In this document: in pieces, positions 1-8,964 of the stretch
How the letters are laid out: each line of letters begins with the position of its first letter
Numbering within the stretch: position 1 is the first letter of the stretch
From: Candidatus Spongiisociaceae bacterium
Lineage (GTDB): Bacteria; Actinomycetota; Acidimicrobiia; Spongiisociales; Spongiisociaceae
NCBI GenBank assembly: GCA_965219685.1
Contig: CBDCOH010000002.1
Coordinates: 3,872,001 to 3,936,000 of the forward strand
Length of the DNA: 64,000 bases
Direction: 5' to 3'
The notes under the pieces: model-generated
What the model was told of the DNA's origin: nothing
The model's input: the letters and a program-made list of their open reading frames with translations, nothing else
Databases searched by the model: none
Translations under genes and position numbers: made by a program

Positions 1-1
1 G

Positions 2-859
2 GTGATCGGGCTCGGGGTCATGGGCTCAGCGATGGCGGCTAACTTGGTTGCGGCCGGTCACACGGTCGTAGGGTTCGACATCGACCCGGGGCGGCGGTCC
101 TCCGCAGCCGAAGCGGGAATCCGGATCAGGGATTCGGCGGGAGCGGTGGGAGCCACGTCGGAGATCGTCATCTTCTCATTGCCTACCCCGTCGGCGCTTG
201 CCGATGTCTCCTCTCACGTGGCAGCCCGAGCCCGGGAGGGACTGCTCTGCCTGGAGACCGGGACCTTCCCCCTCGCAGCCAAGACGGAGGCCAGGGATGT
301 CCTGGCGGCGTCCGGAATCGAGTTGATGGATGCCCCGCTCTCAGGAACCGGGCTCCAGGCAGCCGACGGCGCCCTGGTGGTGTTCGCATCCGGGAGCCGC
401 GAAGGCTACGACCGGGCCGGTCCGGTGTTCAGGGCCATCGGTAGGTCGAGCCATTACCTGGGGCAGTTCGGGAACGGGTCAAGAATGAAGTACATCGCCA
501 ACTTGCTGGTGGTGGTGCACAGCCTGGTTGCCGCGGAGGCCCATGTCCTGGGTGCGGCAACCGGCATGGACCCGGCGACAGTGCAGCGATTGGCCGAGGA
601 CAGTACCGGCTCGTCGAGGATGCTCGAGATCAGGGGCCCCATGATGGTGGTCGATGACTACCCGCCGGCAGGCCGCCTCGACGTCCTCCTCAAGGACGCC
701 GAGATCATCAAGGACTTCGCGAGAAGCGCCGGCGTCCCCACGCCGCTTCTCGATGCGGCACTCGAGGTCTACCGTCAGGCCAGCGCCGCCGGCATGGGAA
801 GCTTCGATGCCGCAGTCCTCTGTCGCTATCTCGAAGCCGAGGTCGGTCTCGAGACGTGA
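2..859 (+). CDS. NAD(P)-dependent oxidoreductase, 3-hydroxyisobutyrate/6-phosphogluconate dehydrogenase family (5'-partial)
   Basis: Rossmann IGLGVMG, DAPLSG motif and GNGSRMK segment typical of beta-hydroxyacid dehydrogenases; runs off the window start. Confidence 0.85.
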   Translation: MIGLGVMGSAMAANLVAAGHTVVGFDIDPGRRSSAAEAGIRIRDSAGAVGATSEIVIFSLPTPSALADVSSHVAARAREGLLCLETGTFPLAAKTEARDVLAASGIELMDAPLSGTGLQAADGALVVFASGSREGYDRAGPVFRAIGRSSHYLGQFGNGSRMKYIANLLVVVHSLVAAEAHVLGAATGMDPATVQRLAEDSTGSSRMLEIRGPMMVVDDYPPAGRLDVLLKDAEIIKDFARSAGVPTPLLDAALEVYRQASAAGMGSFDAAVLCRYLEAEVGLET

Positions 860-922
860 TCGGGTTCCCTACCCGGCCTGGACACCGGGACACGATTGTG
901 GGTGCGGGCGTTGTAACCGGCC

Positions 923-1108
923 TCAGGAGGTGAGGAGAGACACGACGAACGTGAAGGCCCCCAATATGATCGCGACCGCAGCGAATATGGCCATGATCGT
1001 CCACCGTATCCAACGACCCATGAATTGTTCCACTTCCAGGAGGGTTCGGGTCCGCGTCGCGTCGGCACGGGCATCCACGTAGCCCTCAGAAGCTCCGCCA
1101 CCAGCCAT
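923..1108 (-). CDS. Small hypothetical membrane protein (61 aa, C-terminal TM helix)
   Basis: ATG preceded by a GGAG SD; hydrophobic tail WTIMAIFAAVAIILGAFTFVVSLL. Confidence 0.4.
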   Translation of the reverse strand: MAGGGASEGYVDARADATRTRTLLEVEQFMGRWIRWTIMAIFAAVAIILGAFTFVVSLLTS

Positions 1109-1140
1109 TACCTACTCCAAGCCGATCCGGGTAGGCACCC

Positions 1141-1195
1141 ATAGTACCTATCCACAGTTGTTAACAATAAATATATAACATAGCTACTAGAGTGT
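1141..1195. promoter_or_regulatory. AT-rich divergent promoter region with palindrome TTGTTAACAA (1158-1167), putative operator
   Basis: Strongly AT-rich tract in GC-rich DNA between divergent genes; perfect 10-bp palindrome. Confidence 0.45.
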
Positions 1196-1335
1196 CAACC
1201 CGTCCCGCGTCACGCTACGCGGGCGTACGGCTCGCGGACGGGGGCACGCGCTGTCCGCTGCAAGGTGATCCGGTACCATCAAGCCGGTGGCCGATGTCCG
1301 GTCGTGATCACACGCACCAGGGAGGACACCATCGA

Positions 1336-2418
1336 ATGACCGCAGTTGTCCAGACCGTCACCGGGCCCATCGCTCCCGCCGAGCTCGGGGTGACGATGCC
1401 TCACGAGCATCTCCTGCTGCTCAACCCGTCTTTCGTGGAGCCCTTGGAGGCCTCTGAGCGCCACCGCGCCCACGAGCCGGTGTCGGAGCACAACATCGAG
1501 TGGGTGCGCCAGTACTGGACCTCCAACGTGGACAACCTGCAACTCTACGACGAGGTGACCGCCAGGGAGGAGGCGGCCTGGTACTACCGGGCCGGAGGCG
1601 ACACGCTCATCGACCCCACCACCCGCTACATCGCCCGCGACCCGCGGGCCCTGGTGCGGATCTCTCGGGGGAGCGGGGTCAACATCGTGGCCGGAACCGG
1701 TTTCTACGTGGCCGAGACCCACCCGCCGGACATGGGCAGCCGCTCGGCGGAAGACCTGGCCGCCGAGATGATCGGCGAACTGACCGAGGGCATCGATTAC
1801 ACCGGGGTCCGGGCCGGGTTCATCGGCGAGATCGGCTGCTTCTGGCCACTGCGCGATGACGAGCGGAAGGTACTGCGGGCCGCCGCGCTGGCTTCCGTGG
1901 AGACCGGGGCAGCTGTGATGGTCCATCCCGGCCGCCATCCCGACGCCCCGGCCGAGATCGTGTCCGTCCTCACGGAGGTGGGGATGCCGACCGACAAGAT
2001 CATCATCGCCCACATGGACAGGACGATCCTGGAGCCCGAGGCCGTCCTTGAGTTCGCACAGAGCGGCTGCTACCTGGAGTACGACCTGTTCGGTGTGGAG
2101 ACCTCCATGTACCCGACGGTGGCCGAGAAGACGCCGGCAGGCATCGTCCCCAGCCGGCCTCCGGGGCTGTCCTTCATCAGCGATGCCCAGCGGCTGGACC
2201 GGTTGGACATGCTCATCGACCACGGGTACGCGGAGCGGCTCCTGATATCCATGGACATATGCACCAAGCACCGGCTGCACCGCTACGGCGGGCACGGTTA
2301 CGACCACATCCTCGAGAATGTCGTCCCTTGGATGAGGCGCCGGGGCACCAGCGAGGAGATCCTGCAAACACTCCTGGTGGAGAACCCGCGGCGGGTGTTC
2401 CCCATGAACGCCGGCTGA
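1336..2418 (+). CDS. Phosphotriesterase-related protein (PTER-like amidohydrolase)
   Basis: GGAGG SD before ATG 1336; VQTVTG, HEH, GFIGEIGC (bridging Glu), HPGR, HMDR, EYDLFG, YGGHGY motifs. Confidence 0.9.
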   Translation: MTAVVQTVTGPIAPAELGVTMPHEHLLLLNPSFVEPLEASERHRAHEPVSEHNIEWVRQYWTSNVDNLQLYDEVTAREEAAWYYRAGGDTLIDPTTRYIARDPRALVRISRGSGVNIVAGTGFYVAETHPPDMGSRSAEDLAAEMIGELTEGIDYTGVRAGFIGEIGCFWPLRDDERKVLRAAALASVETGAAVMVHPGRHPDAPAEIVSVLTEVGMPTDKIIIAHMDRTILEPEAVLEFAQSGCYLEYDLFGVETSMYPTVAEKTPAGIVPSRPPGLSFISDAQRLDRLDMLIDHGYAERLLISMDICTKHRLHRYGGHGYDHILENVVPWMRRRGTSEEILQTLLVENPRRVFPMNAG

Positions 2419-2440
2419 CCCGGACGGGACGGGACCTTCA

Positions 2441-3511
2441 ATGGCGAAGCTCAGGGCGGGTGTGATCGGGGCCGGATCCTGGGCGGTGGCCTCGCACATC
2501 CCCAACCTCGTGCGGCGATCCGACGAGGTCCAACTCGTGGGGGTCGCACGACCCGACCGAGAAATGCTCGACTGGGTTGCCGGCGAGTTCGGCTTCCGGA
2601 TGGCTGCCGCCGACTATCGCGAGGTGCTCGGAGAGCAACTCGATATCTGCATCGTCTCCAGTCCCAACCGGTTCCACTACCGGCAGGCCAAGGAAGCGAT
2701 GGAGTCGGGCGCCCACGTGATGGTCGAGAAGCCGTTCACCCTGGACCCGTCGGAGGCGTGGGATCTGGTGGATACGGCGGAGCGTCTCGACCGCCACCTC
2801 CTGCTGGCGTTGGGATGGAACTACCGGCCGATGGTCCGCCGGGCCAAAGAACTCGTGGAGGATGGAGGCGGCTTCGGCGACGTGGAGCACATCATGATCG
2901 ACATGTCCTCGGCGGCGCGTGAACTTCTCGCCGTCGGCGCCCCTTACGAGGCCGGGTCCTCGGTGGCCACCGCCCGGCCCGAGACCTACATGGACCCGAA
3001 CCTGTCCGGCGGGGGGTACGCGCAGGCCCAGCTATCCCACGCCCTCGGCATGGCCTTCTGGCTGGCCGAGGACGTGCATGCCTCCGAGGTGTTCGCCTTC
3101 ATGGCCAGACCCCTCCAAGCGCCGGTGGAACTGCACGACGCCATCACCGTCCGCTTCACCAACGGGGGGATCGCCACCGTCTCGGGCACCTCGTGCCACC
3201 TCGGCTACGACGGCAACAAGCATGTCCTCTCGGTCCGGATCATCGGATCGGAGGCGATGCTGTCCGTGGACGTGGGTCGCGAGCTGGTGTACTGGTACCG
3301 CGGCGACGGCGATGCCGTCCGGCTCGACCTGGATGACCATGCGGGGGACTACGACTGTGACGGGCCGGTGCATGCGCTGGTCGATCTGGCTCTCGGCAGG
3401 GAGGCGACGAACTGCTCGCCGGGCCACGTGGGGGCGCGGGCGGTTGAGGTGACCGAAGCCGCCTACCGCAGCGCCCGGACCGGTGAGGTAACCCGGATCG
3501 GATACTCATGA
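2441..3511 (+). CDS. Gfo/Idh/MocA family oxidoreductase
   Basis: GVIGAG Rossmann motif, HVMVEKP motif, SGGG segment. Confidence 0.9.
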   Translation: MAKLRAGVIGAGSWAVASHIPNLVRRSDEVQLVGVARPDREMLDWVAGEFGFRMAAADYREVLGEQLDICIVSSPNRFHYRQAKEAMESGAHVMVEKPFTLDPSEAWDLVDTAERLDRHLLLALGWNYRPMVRRAKELVEDGGGFGDVEHIMIDMSSAARELLAVGAPYEAGSSVATARPETYMDPNLSGGGYAQAQLSHALGMAFWLAEDVHASEVFAFMARPLQAPVELHDAITVRFTNGGIATVSGTSCHLGYDGNKHVLSVRIIGSEAMLSVDVGRELVYWYRGDGDAVRLDLDDHAGDYDCDGPVHALVDLALGREATNCSPGHVGARAVEVTEAAYRSARTGEVTRIGYS

Positions 3512-4215
3512 GCACCCGTACCGCCCTGGTGACCGGAACAGCCCAGGGGATCGGGCGGGCGATCGCCCGGGAACTGGCCGCCGGCGGCCTCCGGGTGGTG
3601 GGCGTCGACATCAACCCCCACACTGACGCCGCGATCGAGGAAGTGATCGTGGCCGACCTGAGGCGCGTCGAGGAGTGCCTGCGGGTGGTCTCGGAGGCCG
3701 GCGAGGTCGACGTCCTGGTCAACAACGCGGCGGTACTGGTCCAGGAGCCGTTCGAGACGTTCGCCATGGACGACTACGACCATGTGATGGCCGTGAACCT
3801 GAGAGCGCCGTTCCTGCTGGCTCGAGAACTGGGACCGGAGATGGCTGCAAGGGGATGGGGCCGGATCGTCAATATTTCGAGCATCGGCGCCCGGACAGGT
3901 GGCCTGGCGGACTCTTCGGTGTACTCGGCCGCCAAGGCCGGCTTGGTGGCGTTCACCAAGAACTTCGCCCGCAACCTCGGGCCTCGAGGTGTCACGGCTA
4001 ACGCGATCACCCCGGGAGCGATCCTCACGCCGATGGCGGCCGGGATCTTCGAGCGTGACCCTTCCATCGAAGCCAGGATCACCGCGGACATTCCCCTGCG
4101 GCGCTTCGCCCAGCCGGTCGAGGTAGCGACGGTGGTGGCTTTCCTGGCCTCCGACGAGGCCGCCTACGTCAACGGCGCCACCATCGACGTCAACGGCGGC
4201 TGGGTGATGACATAG
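3508..4215 (+). CDS. SDR family oxidoreductase (FabG-like)
   Basis: TGTAQGIG, NNAA, YSAAK, VNGG; overlaps the upstream stop. Confidence 0.9.
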   Translation: MSTRTALVTGTAQGIGRAIARELAAGGLRVVGVDINPHTDAAIEEVIVADLRRVEECLRVVSEAGEVDVLVNNAAVLVQEPFETFAMDDYDHVMAVNLRAPFLLARELGPEMAARGWGRIVNISSIGARTGGLADSSVYSAAKAGLVAFTKNFARNLGPRGVTANAITPGAILTPMAAGIFERDPSIEARITADIPLRRFAQPVEVATVVAFLASDEAAYVNGATIDVNGGWVMT

Positions 4216-4279
4216 AGGGTCAGGCAGCCCCTGGATGTTGTGGCCTTCCGGCGTGGGGCTCGGTTGGTGGGTAGACCAG

Positions 4280-5518
4280 CTATGCATCGGTGCGGTCTCC
4301 GTCGGGACCGGGGTCCGGAGTCGTCCCGAACGCAAGCGCCGACGCCGCGAACAGGGCTGCGGCGTAGGTGGCTACCGTTCCGAAGCCCCGTGCCTGATAG
4401 AGGGCGCCGGCAACGAGGGGGGAGGCGGCTGCCATGAGACCACCCGCGAAGGAAACGATGCCCAGAGCGGTGCTCCCCACGTCGGGTCCCACGAGATCGA
4501 AGACGGAAGCGGTCAGCACCGGCTGGTCGGGATAGAGGAACAGGCCCAGGAAGGCCACGGTGGCGGTGAAAGGTATGCCGGTGTCGAACACGACCAGGGC
4601 CAGGGCCATCGCCGCTGACCAGATCAACCCCGGAACCATCACCCGCTTGCGTCCCAACCGGTCCGACAGGTAGCCGACCGCCGGTTTGGTGAGGAGCCCG
4701 ACGACGATGAGCAGACTTATGTGGAACCCCCGGGCGGCCGGACTCAGAGCGAGTGCGTCGTGGAGGTAGAGAGGCAGGATGGTGACGAGGGCCACCAAGG
4801 CCATCGCCCGCAGGCCGTACACGAGCGCCAACCTCCAGAGGACCGGGTCTCTCACCAACTCCCGGGTGACTTCCATCCGCCGCCCGGCTGCCGGCCTGTG
4901 CACGACGGGTGCGCGCCCGATGCGGGCGAACGCCCAGATGGCGGCCACCGCCAGGGCGAAGGCCGCCAGGGAGTAGGCGCCGAGCAACTCGCGCCAGGTC
5001 ATGATCAGCAGGAGGGCTCCGGTGGCGATGGGACCGAGCGCATCCCCCATCCCACCTCCGATGCCATGGAACGAGAGTGCCATCCCTCGCCGCCGCCAGA
5101 AGTGGTACGAGAGCGAGGCGGAGGCGGGCATGTGCCACACCGAGTGGGCGACGGCCACCATGATGACTCCGGTAACTACCGCGGTGTAGCCGGCCGAGCC
5201 GCTGATGACAAGGGCACCCAACCCGCCCGTTACCAGACATGTGGCGAGCAGCCACCGCCAGTATCTCGCCAATGCGTCGGATGCCAACCCTGCGGGTATC
5301 TTCACCGCTCCGCTGGCGAGTTCCCGAGCCGTCAGGATGCCGCCGACGGCGACGCTGCTCAGGTTGAAGGCCTGCTGGATCTCGGGGAGAACCACGACGA
5401 AGCTCTGCACGATCCAGTGGAACACCGCGTGGCCGACCACTAGGGCTGGAACCATCACCAACCCGGGGTACGATGCGGCCGTTTCGCTATGTTCGGGGAA
5501 CGGATCAGGACTGGTCAT
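4280..5518 (-). CDS. MFS transporter
   Basis: About 12 hydrophobic segments; GYLSDRLGRK MFS motif A. Confidence 0.9.
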   Translation of the reverse strand: MTSPDPFPEHSETAASYPGLVMVPALVVGHAVFHWIVQSFVVVLPEIQQAFNLSSVAVGGILTARELASGAVKIPAGLASDALARYWRWLLATCLVTGGLGALVISGSAGYTAVVTGVIMVAVAHSVWHMPASASLSYHFWRRRGMALSFHGIGGGMGDALGPIATGALLLIMTWRELLGAYSLAAFALAVAAIWAFARIGRAPVVHRPAAGRRMEVTRELVRDPVLWRLALVYGLRAMALVALVTILPLYLHDALALSPAARGFHISLLIVVGLLTKPAVGYLSDRLGRKRVMVPGLIWSAAMALALVVFDTGIPFTATVAFLGLFLYPDQPVLTASVFDLVGPDVGSTALGIVSFAGGLMAAASPLVAGALYQARGFGTVATYAAALFAASALAFGTTPDPGPDGDRTDA

Positions 5519-5598
5519 CGACTTGGCCGGGTGGTTGAGCGGGCCAGTAGCAGAGTAGACAAGCCGCTATAGGACCGGCCCGACTGTCGGGGGATCGG

Positions 5599-6696
5599 TC
5601 ATTCGACCCGCAAGGTCCCGGAGGCGCCGACCTCGAGCACGTCGGCGAGCACGAACCTGGCTGCGAGATCGTGCATACCAGGTTCAACCGCTGTGCCGGG
5701 TATGGATACGACCATCGTCTGGTCACGGCGGACGTAGAAGCCGGCTAGCGGTCCCAGCCGGTCGATCTGCGCGTCGGTGTGGCCCTCGCCTACCGACGGG
5801 TTGGCCAGCGTGGCCCGTGCGGTGTCGACCGGCTGACCATCGATCGTCAGGGAACTCATCCCCGTTATGTATTTGGACTGGGGGTGGGGGTTGTACAGTC
5901 CGAACCGCAGCGAGCCGTCCTCCAGCCGGCCAGAGCCGGCGACCACCTCCAGATCCCCGGACTGGAGCCTCGACACCAGCTCGCGAAGCATGACCCAACT
6001 GTCCGCCCGCTCGCCCGCTGCGAACCCTTCGATGATCCGGGCCAGTCGTTGCACCGCGTGGTCGGCCATGGCAGCACCCCACTCCCGGCTGGCGGTGAAC
6101 CGGGGGTTGGCCGCGTACACGCCGACATGTTCCGCTTCCGGATCGTCCTCGAGGGTGGTCAGGTCGACGGTATGGGGGTGGAACTCCATCAGGTAGGAGG
6201 TCTCCACCTTGGCGCCGTGGTCGTGGATGTCGCCCTCCATCCGGGCATTGAGTTCGTTCCACACAGTGGTGAGGGCGTTCACGTCGGGGTATTCGGCCAT
6301 AACCCGGTCCGTCTCCTCCCGCAGCACGTGGAGATGGTCGAGGGCGCCGTGCCCCGAGAACGCGACGATCACCTTGAAGCCTCCTTCGGCGAGTTGGCGG
6401 AGTATCGGCCGTACTACCGAGCGGAGGACATCCACATCGACCACGATGCCGTGCGGGAGCGGCAGCACCCCCGACGCCAGCCAAAGGGGAGGGAGGACCA
6501 GGCCGCCGGTGATGGCTGCCGTCCGGTGGCACATGTTGTCGGCGGTCAGCATGTCCACGCCCAGGGGCAGGTGCGGTCCGTGATACTCGACGCACCCGAC
6601 CGGGAGAAAGACGATCGGCGTCTCCTCCAATACCTGCCGCATCCGGGCAGGACGCACGAACTCGTAGGCGGTGGGGTCGAGGGACGGATCGGTCAC
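5599..6696 (-). CDS. Creatininase family protein with extra C-terminal beta-rich domain
   Basis: PVGCVEYHGPHLPLGVD, SGHG and HGAKVETS motifs; ~120 aa C-terminal extension. Confidence 0.85.
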   Translation of the reverse strand: MTDPSLDPTAYEFVRPARMRQVLEETPIVFLPVGCVEYHGPHLPLGVDMLTADNMCHRTAAITGGLVLPPLWLASGVLPLPHGIVVDVDVLRSVVRPILRQLAEGGFKVIVAFSGHGALDHLHVLREETDRVMAEYPDVNALTTVWNELNARMEGDIHDHGAKVETSYLMEFHPHTVDLTTLEDDPEAEHVGVYAANPRFTASREWGAAMADHAVQRLARIIEGFAAGERADSWVMLRELVSRLQSGDLEVVAGSGRLEDGSLRFGLYNPHPQSKYITGMSSLTIDGQPVDTARATLANPSVGEGHTDAQIDRLGPLAGFYVRRDQTMVVSIPGTAVEPGMHDLAARFVLADVLEVGASGTLRVE

Positions 6697-6706
6697 AGGG
6701 CCGTAT

Positions 6707-6956
6707 CCTAGGTGATTAGCTCCTCGTCGGTAGTCGATAGTCTATAGTTAGGAATCGGTACCGATCGTTAGATCGGGTTGTCATTTGCCATCCTCTATAG
6801 CACTGTTTGGGTCTCGCGGTTACGCCGAGGGGCTCTTCGCGAGGGGGGCTGCGAGGGGTCTGAGTCCAGGAACAGACGTATACAAGTTACAGATGTGCTA
6901 TACAGCGTTGTGTAGCAATTCGTAGAGTACGGTGGTTTCCAGTCAGATCCCTTGGG
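6707..6956 (-). promoter_or_regulatory. Duplicated bidirectional regulatory region, copy 1 (paralog of 17343-17590); LacI-like palindrome TATACAGCGTTGTGTA at 6899-6914
   Basis: Reverse complement aligns block by block with 17343-17590, e.g. CTCTACGAwTTGCTACACAACGCTGTAyArCACATCTGTAA and CGCGAGACycmAACAGTGCTA. Confidence 0.7.
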
Positions 6957-7012
6957 AATCCTCGTATGGAACTGAGATCTCAGGCAGGGCCGCCGGCCAC
7001 GTTTCTACACCT

Positions 7013-7035
7013 TTATACACCTAAGAGTGTATAAT
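7013..7035 (+). promoter_or_regulatory. vapBC promoter/operator: inverted repeat TTATACAC-N6-GTGTATAA overlapping -10 TATAAT (7030-7035)
   Basis: Perfect 8-bp IR; TATAAT lies 6 nt before ATG 7042 (leaderless arrangement). Confidence 0.7.
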
Positions 7036-7041
7036 GCGGGG

Positions 7042-7272
7042 ATGACTCGAACCAACATCGACATCGACGATGATCTCATCAACCGCGCCATGAGGACGTT
7101 CGGACTGCGTACCAAACGGGAAGCGGTCCATCTCGCTCTGGAACGTCTCCTCGGAGGGGGACCGATGAGCATCGAGGAGCAGCTGGACATGGAGGGCGTC
7201 GGCTGGGACGGAGACTTGGACGCCATGCGCTCGGATCGGTTCGGTGGTTGGGACACCGGTGCTGATAGCTGA
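7042..7272 (+). CDS. vapB: Type II TA antitoxin, VapB family
   Basis: [13 protein letters not shown]...[13 protein letters not shown], typical of actinobacterial VapB; overlaps the PIN gene. Confidence 0.85.
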   Translation: MTRTNIDIDDDLINRAMRTFGLRTKREAVHLALERLLGGGPMSIEEQLDMEGVGWDGDLDAMRSDRFGGWDTGADS

Positions 7273-7651
7273 CACATCGGCCTGGATCGAGTTCTTGAGA
7301 GCGACCGGATCCTTCCCGGCCGGGCGTCTTCGGAAAGCCATCTCCGAGCGGGAGGTGATCGTAATCGACCCGATCCTGACGGAGGTGATGGCCGGTGCTC
7401 GCCGGGATGCCGTTGCACGAACGCAGCGACTGCTGGAGGCCCAGCACGTCGAGGCACTGTTCCCCAGGCTCGATTGGCTCGATGCCGCAACCATCTACCG
7501 GGAGCTCGGATGGCGTGGAGTGACGGTTCGCTCACAGATCGACGCCCTGATCGCCACGGTCGCTATCCGCCTGGATGTTCCCGTGCTGCACCACGACCGC
7601 GACTTTGCATACATAGCTAGCTACACATCGCTACGGGTCGTCGTGACCTGA
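7259..7651 (+). CDS. vapC: Type II TA toxin, VapC/PIN domain nuclease
   Basis: [21 protein letters not shown] and LHHDRDF PIN acidic motifs. Confidence 0.9.
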   Translation: MLIADTSAWIEFLRATGSFPAGRLRKAISEREVIVIDPILTEVMAGARRDAVARTQRLLEAQHVEALFPRLDWLDAATIYRELGWRGVTVRSQIDALIATVAIRLDVPVLHHDRDFAYIASYTSLRVVVT

Positions 7652-7720
7652 ACGGCCACAGCGGGACTTCGAGACTCGGAGTTTCCTAAGGTAGCGGGCG
7701 CCGGATTGGGAGGCTGAAAA

Positions 7721-8461
7721 GTGAGATCGCGACCGAGGGCGATGGTTACCGGGGCTGCCAGCGGGATAGGAGAGGCTGCGGCCCGGCGCCTGCTCGACGA
7801 GGGATGTTCGGTTCTCGCTGTGGACATCAACGAGTCGGGCTTGGAGCAGATCGCCGCCGCGGGCGCCGAGCCGCTGGTAGCCGATCTGGCCGACCTCGAG
7901 GATCGGGCGAGGGTCATTGCGGCGGGGCGGGGGATCGACTACCTCGTCAACGCGGCCGGGATCATCCGCCTCAAGGACCTGTCCGAGTTCACGGTGGACG
8001 ACTGGCGCGAGATCTTCACTATCAACGCCGAGGCCATCTTCTTCCTGTGCCAGGGCATCGGGCCCACCATGCCGCCGGGCAGCGCAATCGTCAACCTGTC
8101 CTCCAGCTCCGCCAAGCTTTCCAACACGGTCGAAGCGGCGGTCTATGCGGCCTCGAAGACGACCATCCTCTCCGTCACCCGCTCCTTCGCCTACGGGCTG
8201 GCCAAGATCCCGGTGCGGGTCAACGCGGTGTGCCCGGCCATCATCGACACGCCCATGCAGGACAAGGTGCTCGAGCAGGTGGCGCCCATCCGGGGCATGA
8301 CCGTCGAGGAGCTGACCGAGGCCCGTAACGCCTCCGTACCCCTGGGCAGAGCGGCATCGCCCGAGGAGCTGGCGGGACTGATATGGTTCCTGCTCGGTGA
8401 GAAGCCCGGCTACATGACCGGCCAGGCGGTGAACTACGGAGGAGGCTACGTCACATGGTGA
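7721..8461 (+). CDS. SDR family oxidoreductase (polyol/sorbitol dehydrogenase-like)
   Basis: TGAASGIG, NAAG, YAASK. Confidence 0.9.
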   Translation: MRSRPRAMVTGAASGIGEAAARRLLDEGCSVLAVDINESGLEQIAAAGAEPLVADLADLEDRARVIAAGRGIDYLVNAAGIIRLKDLSEFTVDDWREIFTINAEAIFFLCQGIGPTMPPGSAIVNLSSSSAKLSNTVEAAVYAASKTTILSVTRSFAYGLAKIPVRVNAVCPAIIDTPMQDKVLEQVAPIRGMTVEELTEARNASVPLGRAASPEELAGLIWFLLGEKPGYMTGQAVNYGGGYVTW

Positions 8462-8910
8462 ACGAGGACCTTCGGCGGATCCACCACATAGGCATAACTG
8501 TGAGGGACATCGACCGGTCGGTGGAGTTCTGGCGGTCGTTCCTCGGGGTCGAGCCCCGCTGGCGGCAGATCCTCAACGCGCCCTACCTCGGCCGGGTGAC
8601 CGGCTACCCCGGCGTGAACATCGATGCCACCATCATCGATCTACCGGGGGGACCGGTCCTCGAGATCCTCAACTACCTGGTCGAGGACAAGAACCCGAAC
8701 TCTTCCGAGACCGCCAATCCCGGCAACGTCCACATCTGCATCGAGGTGGAAGACATCGACGCCATGTGGAACCGGGCCGTGGAGTCCGGCGCTACCCCTG
8801 TGAGCCCCGGCCCCGTCGAGATCACCGCCGGGCCTAACACAGGCGTGAAGGCCTGTTACCTGCGCGATCCCGACGGCATCACGCTGGAGTTGTTCAGGCC
8901 GGTCGGCTAG
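8455..8910 (+). CDS. VOC (glyoxalase/methylmalonyl-CoA epimerase-like) family protein
   Basis: HHIGITV, HICIEVEDI, YLRDPDGITLEL. Confidence 0.9.
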   Translation: MVNEDLRRIHHIGITVRDIDRSVEFWRSFLGVEPRWRQILNAPYLGRVTGYPGVNIDATIIDLPGGPVLEILNYLVEDKNPNSSETANPGNVHICIEVEDIDAMWNRAVESGATPVSPGPVEITAGPNTGVKACYLRDPDGITLELFRPVG

Positions 8911-8964
8911 CCCGGCGGAACCCCTCAAGTAGGATCGCTCCGCAGACGATCCGTCAGGAGCCCC

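Noticed and set aside
1148-1190. DnaA-box-like CTATCCACA beside an AT-rich tract (oriC?)
   Set aside because: Single imperfect box and no dnaA/dnaN context; better explained as a divergent promoter
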